Assembly (NCBI GenBank): GCA_951406725.2
Contig: OX597814.1
Coordinates: 131,936,001 to 132,000,000 of the forward strand
Length of the DNA stretch: 64,000 bases
From: Octopus vulgaris
Taxonomy: Eukaryota
Direction of reading: 5' to 3'
Made by a program: the position numbers and the translations under genes. Within the stretch, counting starts at the first letter, position 1; each line of letters opens with the position of its first letter. Under the pieces are notes generated by a model that was not told the DNA's origin, did not search any database, and saw nothing but the letters and a program-made list of their open reading frames with translations. Shown here piece by piece: positions 42,492 to 58,689 of the stretch.

Positions 42492-43490
42492 ATATATTAA
42501 TAAAAGGAATTCCAACCTTGTCAGATTTTCACGTTTTATTTACAATCTTATAATGATATAATATAAGATAATATAATATAATAAAATAAAATAAAATAAT
42601 AGAATGTTAAATGTTCATTCTGATTGAACTAGTACTTTCATGCATTAAATTATGCAATCTTCAGGTTCATGTAGTAGTGGTGACAGTCATGCTTCACAAT
42701 TTTTGACTATAGCGAGATGGTTAAATCTGTGCCTTAAATACACCTGTGTAGGCTCCAGGTTGCTAGGTTTTGCAAACTGTATTCTGACCAATCACTGTGT
42801 AGCATCACTCAATTACTTAAGCTGATTGGTTTAGGCGTCACGCTTTGTTGAACATGTCAAGAGTCCTGTATCTTTATTTTGGCCGAGGCAGCAATTGGGC
42901 TATTTTTAGAAATGTTGTAAATAGCCTTTGTCAGGGATTTTTATATTTCAATTGTCATTATCTTCATTGCCACCACCATCACCACTAGCAACAATAATTA
43001 AGGTGCTGACAATGATGATGATGACAATTGAAATATAAAAATCCCTGACAAAGGCTATTTACAACATTTCTAAAAATAGCCCAACAATTGTTGCCTCGGC
43101 CAAAATAAAGATACAGGACTCTTGACATGTTCAACAAAGCGTGACGCCTAAACCAATCAGCTTAGGTAATTGAGTGATGCTACACACTGATTGGTCAGAA
43201 TACAGTTTGCAAAACCTAGCAATCTGGAGCCTACACAGGTGTATTTAAGGCACATATTTAACCATCTCGCTACAGTCAAAAATTGTGAAGCATGACTGTC
43301 ACCACTACTACATGAACCTGAAGATTGCCAAATTTAATGCATGTAAGTACTAGTTCAATCAGAATGAACATTTAACATTCTATTATTTTATTTTATTTTA
43401 TTATATTATATTATCTTATATTATATCATTATAAGATTGTAAATAAAACGTGAAAATCAGACAAGGTTGGAATTCCTTTTATTAATATAT
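42492..43490. mobile_element. About 1-kb fold-back element, about 470-bp arms, hammerhead motif in each arm
   Basis: 42492-42960 is the near-exact reverse complement of 43020-43490. Flanked by TA-rich sequence. Confidence 0.9.
42625..42669 (-). ncRNA. Minimal hammerhead ribozyme
   Basis: TGAAC-CTGAAGA-T-TGCAT(aattta)ATGCA-T-GAAA-GTAC-TA-GTTCA. The mirror copy at 43313-43357 has GAAA changed to GTAA. Confidence 0.78.
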
Positions 43491-43812
43491 ATATATATTT
43501 TTTTTTTACTATAATCATTTCTTAAATATAGCCACGAAACACGTGTCGTTATTCTACCAAATATATACGTTTTTTATTATTATTTTGCAATTTACTTAAT
43601 CATCGGTATATTATTAGTTTATTTTTAATATTTCTATTATATGTAATTTTCTAGATGGTGTAATTTAATTGTTCATTTTGAATTGATAAAAGGTGGTTTT
43701 TTTTTACTAATTTTTATATATATATTATATTTTGTGAAATTTGCTTTAGTATTTCTAAATTGAATTTTTCCCTGTAACTTAGGAATAATATTCCCTCAAA
43801 TTATTATTATTA

Positions 43813-45040
<1,228 letters not shown>

Positions 45041-45174
45041 GCATTCATACATACATACATACATACATACATACATACATACATACATACATACATACAT
45101 ACATACATACATACATACATACATACACACATATACACATATATACATACATACATACATACACACATGCATTC

Positions 45175-45216
<42 letters not shown>

Positions 45217-46267
45217 GCATTCATACATACATACATGCATACATACATGTGTGTGTAGGTATTTATACATTCTTTCTCAGCAGTGTGTTAGCACAATAAA
45301 TTGACGTAGTACAATACTTGACGTATAAAACGTTTTATTTTTCAGCACCACAGACTTTATTTATTGACATCCATCCTTTATTTATTGACATCATTTATTG
45401 ACATCCATCCTGCATCTCTGAAACAAAAGTCCGGCTGACTAATTATCGCCATTCATTAAATCACTCTAAGTACTTATCTTAAGACAGTGTTCTTCGGGAT
45501 TTTTTCGTTTTACTATGTATTTAGCATAACAGACATATCCTTTAACTATTTCTTTTACGGATTCACTGGTTGGATAAGGATTTCCATCTTATAATATTTA
45601 ACAACTTATGACGCATCTTCGATTGACGTTACCCGGTACTTGTTACTTCCTGGCAAAATACAGATTTCTATATTATGGTATAACCACAAAAAGTAGAGTT
45701 GACTGATGCCATCCATTATCTATTTGCTATTCATTTTGCCAATCCTGAGTTGATAAAAAATGACTATTTCTTGGTCCAAAATCGAAATCAAAGTCCGTTA
45801 GGTAATTGAAGAAATGTATATCGCTAGCTGTTTACGGGTTACTTATACTTATAAAACCCTTTACAGAACATGTCTGTTCTGTATGTTTATTGGTACATTA
45901 TTTTATGATGTCAACGCGATCTACTATTGTACGATCTTTGAATGTGATCCCGTTGTTTTTAATGTTTAACGTTGAATCAGCTGTTATCAATTAGACTTAG
46001 AGTCATTGTCATCAAAGCCTTGGTAATCCTTACTTATTTTCATTTGTAGTATATCTGGGACTACGTATTTCAGTATGTCTTAGCTTTTAAAGGCTAATGT
46101 TTTTGAAACTGAGAGATATGGCAAATCTTTTTAGCAAGTCAAGCACTAACGAGATGCTCTGAGATTGGTTCCTAAGTAACAACGTAACTGTATTTTCCCT
46201 TGATCACATAAGTGCATTTGAAGTTTAAGTTACTACGTCATTAGATATTATTTTATGTTGTAAGCGT

Positions 46268-46558
46268 GGAGGCGCATACACCCAGTGGTTAGGGCAGCGG
46301 ACTCGCGGTTGGAGGATTGCGGTTTCGATTCCCAGACCGGACGTTGTTTGTGTTTATTGAGCGAAAACACCTAAAAGTTCCACGAGGCTTCGGCAGGGGT
46401 GGTGGTGACCCCTGTTGTACTCTTTTACCACAACTTTCTCTCATTCTCTCTTCCTATTTCTTGCGATGGACTGGCGTCCCGTCCAGCTGGGGGGAACACA
46501 TACGCCACGGAAACCGGGATACCGGGCCCATGAGCCTGACTAGGCTTGAAAAGGGCGA
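46268..46558 (+). mobile_element. SINE family C (long form, different body)
   Basis: Same head as 39953-40167, followed by GCGATGGACTGGCGTCCCGTCCAG...CACGGAAACCGGG instead of the shared LINE-like tail. Confidence 0.8.
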
Positions 46559-47878
46559 CGTTTATCGCTATGTTGTAAGGTAGCGAGATGGTAGAAAAAA
46601 TTGCTAAGCGGCATATCATCCGCCTTTACGTTGTAAGTTCAAATTACGTAAAGGTCGGCTTTGTGTTTCATCCTTTGGCGTCGATAAAATAAGAAGATAA
46701 GCACTGAGAGTGTGGTGTCGATATAACTAACTTACTCACTCTTGCGAACTTGCTGGCCTTGTGCCAACATTTGAAGCCAATATTGTTATATGTTGTATAC
46801 ACAGGGTCGAATTATTTTATTTGGATAAGTTACCATGTTATTAAATACTATTATTGTATATTTGATGTGCCTCTGTATTCGCGTTATTAGATGTTACATC
46901 TTATCTAATAATGGGTTGTATGCATGATATGTAGTTATTACAAACTTCATGGATATTATGTTCGGAATCGTGTGAAATAAAATACATTATATTCTTTTAC
47001 TTGTGTCAATCTTTTACTTGAGTCAGTCTTTTTACTTGTGTCAGTCCTTTACTTGAACAACGTCCATGCTGGGGCACCACATTGATCTGTTTAGTCGAAC
47101 AAATCGACACCAATATTTTTTTAGCCTGGTACTTATTCTGTCGATCTCCTATGTCGAACTTCTAAGTTCGACATTAAAGCGTCAACGAATCAGCTTGTTT
47201 TGAAGAAATGTGGGGACAAACTCAAAGGCACGAATACACACCTAAATAAATACATATGTATGTACGAACAGGTTCCACGCGGGTTCTGTCTACCAAATTC
47301 GCCCAAAAGGCATTGGTTGGCTTGGGGCTATAGTAGAAAACACTTGTCGAACGTTACACGTAATGGGGCTGAACTTGAAAGCCCATAGTTTCCAAGTAAA
47401 CATAGCTGCACAATCACGCATACAATTGTATTGTGAAAATTTTTTATATGCAATAAATTTTACAAATTTTTCTTGTCATATTACTGTAGATTTTTGAAAT
47501 ACCATCTTTTCATAAATATATTCTTCTCAGTAAATTCTCTGTATGTGTAAAAGACATTACTAAGTACTTAAAAGCTTGACATATTTCATAACAAGAGTGG
47601 ATGGAAATGCGCAGAGATATCTTTTTAACAGTGCTGTTTAAAATGCTTATGCAATTTTGGCAATTGGATAAAGTACATACTGACTCAATGGGTTTTCAAA
47701 ACGGTGAAAGAGAGAGGGACAGGGAGAAAGAAAGAGAAAGAGAGACAAGGTAAAAGAGAGAAAAAGGAAATGGAAGGAAGAGTGAGAGATAATTGTGAAT
47801 GTTGTAAGTTGATAGTTTCATCGTGATCACCGAATTCTTGGATTAGACTTTATAAGCATCAATATAAATATATTACTT

Positions 47879-47974
<96 letters not shown>

Positions 47975-49134
47975 AAAGTTAAAATCACGATATTTGAAAA
48001 GAGGTTGGAGTGTCTATTCATATAATATGAGTAATTTTTAAATGCAAATATTATAAGCCTACATTACATATGTAATTGGTTTTCTGCGAATACATAAATA
48101 ATTAAGCGCACCGCATTCCTTTTAAGTTGTTAAAAGAATGAGATATGAATTGTGCAGGGCAGCTTGAAAAGTTTCATAGTATTATCTAGTCACCACAAAA
48201 AGCTTCTCATTTCCTAATTTCGATTTCGTCTTGTGATAATTTTCTCTGGTTGTGTTTTATTTATTTTTTCTTTCTGCTATTCCCATTTTATGTAGCCTTC
48301 TATTTTCTATGTCAACTGGAGAAAAAAGTTCTTTTTTTCCTACAAATTGCTTCTTTTCTAGTGATTTTGAATTTGCTTTACAAAAATTTAAACTTGAAAT
48401 TCAATTCCACCAAGGATTACATGTATGTATACGACGAATTTTCACACAGTTTCAGTTAACCAAATTCATTACTAGACATTATTCGGTCTGGTGCTATAGT
48501 TACTTTCCTAAGGTGTCGCGCAGTGGACTGAACACAAACTCACATACTTATGTAGCGAAATTCTTCTCCACACTAATATGCCTTCGCTTGTAGGAAAGAA
48601 TCAGAATATGTTTATAATGACATTACTATGCCACTACATTATTGTTTTTACAAAGTAAAAAATAAAACAGGCAATCTCAATAGTTTAGTGTTTTACTAAA
48701 ATTTTGCGATACTATATCTCATATAATGAGCAACTTCCTTATATTACAGAAAAATATTTTGTCAAAGTACGGCTATTTCCTTCCGCGTTCACAGTTATAA
48801 TGCCTCTACTTACACTCCTGTTTGACATATATTTATTTGTGTATTGTTTCTCTCGCGGCCTTTCTCTACTATTAATAACATTTATCCTCTCTCCTCTTGA
48901 CTAAAACATCGATAAATATATAATAAATACACTTTGTATTTTCTTTTTTTAGATTAGTTGATTTTGCTCTTTATCTCACAATGAATAATGAACACTATAA
49001 GACCATCATTATTGTTATGCGTTCATACATACAACCACACACACGCGCATGCACGGACACACATAGATACATAAATATACACAAACATGCATACATACAC
49101 AAATACACGCAAAAACCCTTGTTGATGTTGAAAT

Positions 49135-49620
49135 TTCAATGAAGGAGTCTAGGTTAGAAACCGGATCTTTCTCCCTTGGCGAGAAAACTTGAAGTAAAAC
49201 TGAATAAAGACATACATACATACATACATACATACATACGGACAAAGGGGCAGAGGTATGTACCATCATAGAGGTCAGCTGTCTTGCAGATATAAATATA
49301 TCTTTGAAGATCAAAGAAAAAGATGATATCTATGGACAACTACTTCGAAACCTCCAGCTTCTCTATCCAGACTACGAATTCTTAGTCATAGCAATAATAA
49401 TTGGAACACTAGGTTTTGTTAGTAAACATTTAAAGGAGAATCTGGATGAAATGGGATTTTCAGAAAGAGAAATCGACTGGCTGATTCACATATTGCACGT
49501 GGAATCTGTGAGTGGAACAGTAAAAATATGCAAGATTTTTCTCAAATCCGAAATGTGAATTTGTCTATGTTAATTACATCCCAAAGATAAAGCTTTGTAA
49601 CTTTGTTGGAAACCTACTTG
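49135..49620 (+). mobile_element. Degenerate REL-endonuclease LINE 3' fragment
   Basis: IEVSC..D....KIKEKDDIYGQLLRNLQLLYP...IIIGTLG...GTVKICK resembles the REL C-terminus of R2-group elements. Confidence 0.6.
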
Positions 49621-49688
49621 GGTCCCTCCTCAGTGGAACATTTATAATAATTAAAAAAGAAAGAGGCATGCATACATACATACATACA

Positions 49689-49810
<122 letters not shown>

Positions 49811-49907
49811 ATCCAAACATGAAAACACAAAGAGAAAACACAGCAACGCGAGGACGTGGAACAAGTATGGTGTGATTGGACGCTCAGGAAAGGAAAAAAA
49901 GAAGGAA

Positions 49908-49943
49908 GATTTAACATTTCGAGCGGAGCTCTTCGTCAGAAAC
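49908..49943 (-). ncRNA. Minimal hammerhead ribozyme motif in Penelope-type terminal repeat (49806-50022)
   Basis: GTTT-CTGACGA-A-GAGC(tcc)GCTC-GAAA-TGT-TA-AATC. The host repeat is embedded between (TA)n tracts. Confidence 0.62.
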
Positions 49944-50147
49944 ATAGGGAAAGGAAAGATCCAAGGAAGGGAAGACGGAGGAAAAAAATTCGCCAACGGT
50001 ACACACGCGGTCACATTTTGAATATATATATATACACATACACACACGTACACACACATATATATAGGTACGTATGTTGAAGCACCAGATCAGTGCGGTA
50101 TTATCTGTAGAACTCAAAGTAAGGTGAATAAAATCAAAATAAGCAAC

Positions 50148-50452
50148 AGAAGTGATGCAGTACGACAGTTTCAAGCGGTTCCATTTAGTTGAAGAATGCA
50201 ATCATTACATCAATTTAAATGCAGGGCTATTCTCAGCTGCATAAATAAATAAATAAATAAATAAATAATATTAATGGACACTTTGATATAATTTTACTCG
50301 TATATTATATACTTATATTAATGTGTCCAACTGATTAAAAAATTCTATTTATTTATTTATGCAGCTGAGGGTAGCCATGCATTTAAATTGATGTAATGAT
50401 TGCATTGTTCAACTAAATTGTGCCGCTTGAAACGGTCGTACTGCATCACCTC
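50148..50452. repeat. Inverted repeat with a degenerate hammerhead in each arm
   Basis: 50148-50255 is inverted at 50346-50452. Plus arm: TGCAG-CTGAGGG-TAGC...GCTT-GAAA-CGGTCG-TA-CTGCA (50360-50445). The minus arm has CTGAGAA. Confidence 0.75.
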
Positions 50453-50557
50453 TTGATATCCTGTTGCATATTTCGATTACACACATATTTTGATTATAAT
50501 TCTAGGAAGGAATTTATAAATATTTCATACATCGCTACGTACGTTTTCACAAAACAC

Positions 50558-50812
50558 ATGATTTTGACATGAGAGTTGGTATCCTTGGAATTGGTACAGT
50601 ATAGTCCGTATTATCCTTGGGCATCCGGTTGATCATTATCATTGATTGGCCTTCATACTGCAAGAAGGGATATACATTCCTCTGTGATTCATCCAATAAT
50701 GCTGTATCACTGCTGAAATGAATCAATGAGGATGATCAACAGGATGCCCACGGATAATACGGACTATACTGTATTAATTCAAAAGGAAACCGACTCTGAC
50801 GTCGAAATCATG
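50558..50812. repeat. Diverged inverted repeat (about 90-bp arms)
   Basis: TACAGTATAGTCCGTATTATCC.TGGGCATCC.GTTGATCAT mirrored by ATGATCAAC.GGATGCCCA.GGATAATACGGACTATACTGTA. Confidence 0.8.
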
Positions 50813-51306
50813 TGATTTATGGAAAAGTATTTCTGGAAAAGTATATTTATTGAGGCTGAATCCGGAACCATGTCCTAGTAAACTGCTTGCGACACAGCGA
50901 TACTAGCGTATAAACCAGGTATTGTGCCGAATAAAACACGTACACAGTCTATGGCTGCATCATGTCATCCACAGTATTGATATAAATGCCAGTGGATCTA
51001 CATCAGGAATTCCTTAGCTCCAAATTCGGAACCGAAAATCATATCGGCAACCACCTACAGGTAAACAACCAACTGTATAATCAAACCAAGCGAAACAGAG
51101 TTTATTGAACCACGTACCTTTCTGAAAAGACACCTGCAGAGCCACATCTGCCCCGAAGTATGAACCGTAACGAGTTGTATACTATCTCACTTGCGAGGGA
51201 TCGATGGAAGATGGTTCGAAACAATCGTCGTAATTAATAAAGAATCTCGTGAATTCAATTTTCTGTTAGTCTCATAGTGTGTGTGTGTATGTGTATGTAT
51301 ATATAT

Positions 51307-51355
<49 letters not shown>

Positions 51356-51412
51356 TAAATAAAACATATGCATATATATATAAACATATATGTACGTATC
51401 TACCTCTACATG

Positions 51413-51505
<93 letters not shown>

Positions 51506-51671
51506 AAATATATATACGACGGGATTCTTTCAGTTTCCGTCTACCAAATCCACTCATAAAGCTTTGATTGGCCCAATGCTATAGGAGACACTTACCTAAG
51601 ATTCCACGTAATGAGACAGAATTGCGCTAACATGTTGCTGGGAACCAAACTTCTCCCCACGCGGTCACACA

Positions 51672-51755
<84 letters not shown>

Positions 51756-51772
51756 CCTCTCTCTCTCTCTCG

Positions 51773-51805
<33 letters not shown>

Positions 51806-51808
<3 letters not shown>

Positions 51809-53056
51809 TATTATAAAAGGCAGATTTTATCTGCCTCCCTTTGTCAGTTATAGAAATCTACAATATAGGATTTCTACAATATAGGATTTCTTCAATTACA
51901 ATTTACCTAGCATTTTTAAGCATCGGGTCATGCCAGGTCCAGTTTTTAAAATTTAAACTCCAATTAAGCAAAATTTACAGAAAACTCACATTCTGGTGTG
52001 TATGTCAAATGCTTTTCTTAATGTGGTTTACACCACACGCACACGCACACACACAGTGTGCAACGAATAAAATGAAAGTAATTCACTGTGTGTGTGTTGA
52101 CAGGTAGACAATAGAATGCGATGGCGATGGCGATGTAATATTTGTTGCTGTCTATCACGCTGATAGATACATGAGTGAAATGTATGGCAAGCTAAGCGAT
52201 AAGAGTGAGTGAAAATGTTCTTGGAAGAGAGTAAATAGCGACAGAGTGATTTGAGGAAGACTAAACTGAAAGTATGAAACAGTGTTTATGTATAAACAGA
52301 CGACACTTATATATAGTTATGTATGCATCCGTTTAACCCTTTCGTTACCAAACCGCCCGAATTTACCTATTCATATTTCAATGAGAATATCAGAGTAAAT
52401 CTCTTTAGTACATTCGTGAAAACACGTATTATACTTCGTAAACACTTCAAATACAGTTTTGTACAAAAATCGAAGTGTAATTTTAATTCCGTGAATTATG
52501 GGAGATTTTTTTCCGAAATTTGTTCCTATTGTGTTTTCAAAATTTGTAATTCTGACAAAAAAGGGATACGAATTTCATTATATCAAGCAGCGAGTCAGAA
52601 TTCGAAGGATTTTCTACTGAAGACCTTCATAAATCTAACTCTATGACTGAAAAAAAAGCATCTTTATATAAGAGTGAAGTTGTGTGTCTGTCTCCTACGA
52701 TTTAGATTCGTAACTACTCCCACATTTTGCGGTGCAGTTTAACCAAAAGCGGGTATCTTATAGTCGTGATTCATATCGAGCCTTTCTGGGTATTAGCGCG
52801 CGTCTACGATGAGTCTACGATTTAAAAAAAAATTACCATCATATTTTTTCATTTTAATGCATTTTTTTCGCTTTTATATAAGGGAAGTAACTCTCTAAAA
52901 ATATCTACGATGTGTCAACGATTTAAAAAAAAATTTACCTTAATTTTTTTTCAATTTTTAATGCATTTTTTTGCTATTTTTTGGCTATAACTCTCTAAAA
53001 ATGCTTATATAGTTATTTCCCTTACAAACCCGAGCAACGCCGGGCGATACTGCTAG
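51806..53056 (+). mobile_element. Composite non-autonomous Helitron, unit 1
   Basis: A|TCTTATTATAAAAGGCAG 5' end, a second internal A|TCTTTATAT head at 52661, and 3' hairpin CCCGAGCAACGCCGGG + CTGCTAG. Confidence 0.88.
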
Positions 53057-54691
53057 TCTTATTATAAAAGGCAGATTTTATCTGCCTCCCTTTGTCTCTT
53101 ATAGAAATCTACAATATAGGATTTCTTCAATTACAATTTACCTAGCATTTTAAAGAGTAGAATGCATCGGATCTTGCCAGGTCCACTTTTTAAAATTTCA
53201 ACCCCAATTAAGCAAAATTTAGAGAAAACTCACATTGTGGTGTATGAGTCAAATGCTTTTCTTAGTGTGGGATACAGAACACGCACACGCACACACACAG
53301 TGTGCAACGAATAAAGTGAAAGTAATTCACTGTGTTTGTGTTGACAGGTAGACAATAGAATGCGATGGCGATGTAATATTTGTTTCTGTCAATGACGCTG
53401 ATAGATACATGAGTAAAATGTATGGGAAGCTAAGAGATAAGAGTGAGTGAAAATGTTCTTGGAAGAGAGTAAATAGCGAGAGAGTGATTTGAGGAAGACT
53501 TTACATTAAATAACCGTAGTGGCCTGTCATATGAAGAGGAGTGAGAGGGTACTGGAGGAAATGGGGTGAGTGAGGAAGATGGCCCCTAGCAACCACACCT
53601 TTTAAGATAGGGATTTCTAAGGTAGCCCACGAGCATCGTCACCTCATTCTACATGTCCCTGTAAATTTTGGAGCGAATCGGACGGGATAAAGTTATCTCT
53701 AAGAAACAGAAAGATCGCCCAAAAGTGTATATAGATATTTAAATGTATTTATATATTCATCTATACACACATGTATGTATAATGTGCGTGTATATATTTC
53801 CATAGAGGTAACCATTCAATCCATACAAAGTTTTTTAGGACGAAAATATTTATATATAAAAGAAAGGTTGTGTGTCTGTCTACTCCGATTTAGATTCCTA
53901 ACTACTCCCACATTTTGCGATGCAGTTTAACCAAAACCGGGTATCTTATAGTCGATTCATATCGAGCCCTTCTGGGTATTAGCGCGCGTCTACGATGAGT
54001 CTATGATTTTACAAATAATTTACCATCATCTTTTTCCATTTTAATGCATATTTTTTTAAATAAAGGGAAGTAACTCTCAAACTTCACACCAATATGCGTG
54101 CTCATATGCGACGTAATATCACATCAGCAGCATTTCCTCACACCCTCCTTGCACTTGGCGAAGGCAAAATACCAGGGGATGAAAATGGTAATATTGCCAT
54201 CGATTCCATTTGTACCATTGTTAAGACGCCTCCTGATCTCAGAGATGCAGTGTTCCCAGATCTACAAGCTAATTATCAGAATATGGATTGGATTGGCAAA
54301 AAGGCTATACTGGCCCCGAGGCATAAAACTGTTCACCATATTAATGATGAAATGCTAAAACTCATTCCTGGGGAAGTCTATGTATATCAGTCTATCGATA
54401 CAACACCTGACCCAGAGGACGTGATCAACTATCTAATAGAGGTACTCAATTCCTTTGAGCACCCCGGACTACCACCACACTTTCTCAAACTTAAAGTTGG
54501 TGCCTCTATAATGCTCATCAGAAATTTGGTTCCCCCAAAACAATGCAATGGCACACGTTTGATCGTTAAGTCCTTATCTCCCACCGTAAACTTATATCAA
54601 TATTTGCCTGAATAATCATCATAATTCAGTGCAATCATTAACAGTACTTTCAAGCAATTCAGCCCCGAGCAACGCCGGGCAATTCTGCTAG
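53057..54691 (+). mobile_element. Composite Helitron, unit 2, carrying Pif1 helicase fragment
   Basis: Same 5' end starting directly after the unit 1 CTAG. 3' CCCGAGCAACGCCGGG...CTGCTAG|T. Confidence 0.9.
54090..54590 (+). pseudogene. Helitron Pif1-family helicase fragment
   Basis: NMRAH...F...LLALGEG...AILAPRHKTVHHIN...GLPPHFLKLKVGASIMLIRNL...CNGTRL: C-terminal motifs of the Helitron RepHel helicase. Confidence 0.9.
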
Positions 54692-54755
54692 TATATATAT
54701 AAAATATATGAGAGTCAAGATTCTTCTTCTTCTTCATATCATTATTATTATTATT

Positions 54756-56490
54756 CAGTAGTTTTATTTTTTATAGCGTGCTTTCACTTCACTACCGAGC
54801 ACAGCTCTGTGTGCCTTGGGTATGTACTGTGATGCTCTGATGGTTATTGAATGGAAAGTGTTCTGCGTAGGATATGTGCAGTGCCTAGTAGTGCAACTTT
54901 CTGTATGTTATATGTGTTTGTAAGTCCTGGTGTTTTTGTTATGTATTTGTCTGAATATTTTTTTATCATGCCTAATGCACCTACTATGATAGGAATTGTT
55001 TCTGTTTTTAGATTCCACATTCTGGTTACCTCGATTTCCAGGTCTTTGTATTTTGAAAGTTTCTCCATTTCTTTTAGAGACACGTTGTCATCTGCCGGTA
55101 TTGATACATCTATTAGAAAGCATTTTTTTCTTCATGATCTCTGACAACTATATCTGGTCTGTTGGCCTTAATTTCCCTATCTGTGTGTATCGGCATATCC
55201 CAGAGTATGGTTGCTTTTTCGTTTTCTGTTACCTTTTCTGGTGTGTGCCTATACCATCTTTTTTCTGTTGTTATTCCATAATGTTGGCATAGCTTCCAGT
55301 GTATGTAGGTTCCAACTCTGTCATGTCTGTGAATATATTCCTTCTTAGCCAGGACTGGGCAGCCAGAGATAATATGATTTATTGTTTCTTGTCCATCTCC
55401 ACATATTTTGCAGTTACTTGTTATATTTCTTTTCATTACATGTTTTTGGTAATTTATGGTGGGGAGGCTTTGGTCTTGTGCTGCAGTTAAAAATCCCTCT
55501 GTCTCTGCTTTGAGTCCTGAGCTTCTCAACCATTGTTGGGATTTTTCTTTGTCTATTTCTTTTGCATTTAGTTTAGTCCAGTATTTACCGTGAAGGGGTT
55601 TTTCTTGCCATCGTTTTATCATGGTTCTTTGCTGTTCTAGTTTTAGTTTGGATTTCATTTGTTTTATAGCTTTTGTTGTTTCTTCTTCTTCTTCTTCTTC
55701 TTCTTCTTCTTCTTCTTCTTCTTCTTCTTCTTCTTCTTCTTCTTCTTCTTCTTCTTCTTCTTCTTCTTTATATTTGTTAGGTGGTATGATTTCTTGTTTG
55801 TATTTGTCAGCTTCCTTAAATACTGAGAACAGTTATTTGTTTTGCTCAGTTTTCCTTCCTTCTGAAGTAGATATTTTTGCAGTCCTATGGTGGTTATTTT
55901 ATAGTAGTTTTCCAGCTGTATAAGAACTCTACCACCTTCTATACGTTGTATATATAGTCTTTCTATGTCAGATTTTGGGTGAAGCATCCTAGACCCTGTC
56001 ATTATTTTTCTTGTTTTCCTATCTATTTTGGTCAGTTCATTTAGTGTCCAGTTAAGGATATTGTAGCTGTAACTTATAACTGGGACAGCTAAAGTGTTAA
56101 TACCTATTATCTTGTTTTTAGCATTGAGCTTTGCTTTTAGTATTGATCTAACTCGTCTATAATATTCTTTTTTTATTTTCTCTTTCATTTGTGTGTGTTG
56201 TGTCTTATCTAGTTCATGGACTCCTAAGTATTTGTAAGTTTGGCTTTGGTCCAATTCTTTTATTTCATTGGTTTTATCTAGTGTGATGTTGCTACTCTTA
56301 ACTAGTTTTCCTCTTTTCATGGTTACTTTGGCGCATTTTTCTAATCCAAATTTCATATCTATTTCTTTGGTAAATCCATGAACTGTCTTTAATAGTGTTT
56401 CCAGCTGTTTGTCATTTGTAGCGTATAGTTTTAGGTCATCCATATATAAAAGGTGGCTGATTGTTTTGCCGTAACATTTATATCCGCCAT
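54756..56490 (-). mobile_element. 5'-truncated Dong/R4-like LINE (RT end, CCHC knuckle, REL endonuclease)
   Basis: YMDDLKLYA, FGLEKCA, YKYLG, AAQDQSL, CKICG...ETINHIISGC, RHD, RPDI, KLSKYKDL. Both ends lie in (TTA)n, with an internal (GAA)n expansion. Confidence 0.92.
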
Positions 56491-56519
56491 CGTTATTATT
56501 ATTATTGTTATTATTATTA

Positions 56520-56629
<110 letters not shown>

Positions 56630-57166
56630 GAGTGAGAGAGCAGTTCATGCCATCAAAGTGACACTGGGATAAAATATACGAAGCCCAGTATACCCATCAT
56701 GACTACCCGTCTGATAAAGGTACACCAGACACATGCATCACAACCATATGTGCGCGACATGGTGATCTCATATCAAGATAAACAGTACATGACCTTGCAG
56801 GTGGGGCCCAGTTAGAATTTTCTTCAGGTAGAGTAGCCCATCCCGCTCAAACGGTCCCTGAATAAGGGTTGTTTAAGGATGTTGAAAGAACCACCCATGT
56901 TTCCAGAGGTGAACTATTCAAACCCCAAAGAATCCCTCTCAACACATGGCTATGATGCTCCCCCACTACTTCTGCTCGTGATCAGAGATGCACATTTCGT
57001 CAGCCACTAAGGGACATGCTCAACTGGTTAAGGTCAAACAACTGACAAGCAAATCTGTGGTATTGAGCAGAATATTTGCTGTAGCCCATCTTTTATACCA
57101 AGACAAAACAATGTACATGATAACACTTCCAATCAGTTAAGATCAGAAGCCATGAGAGCCACTGCC
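56630..57166 (-). mobile_element. Non-autonomous retroposon in (TAA)n
   Basis: Longer copy of 41585-41975, with (TTA)n on both sides. Confidence 0.72.
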
Positions 57167-58586
<1,420 letters not shown>

Positions 58587-58602
58587 ATTATTATTATTAT
58601 TA

Positions 58603-58684
<82 letters not shown>

Positions 58685-58689
58685 CATTT

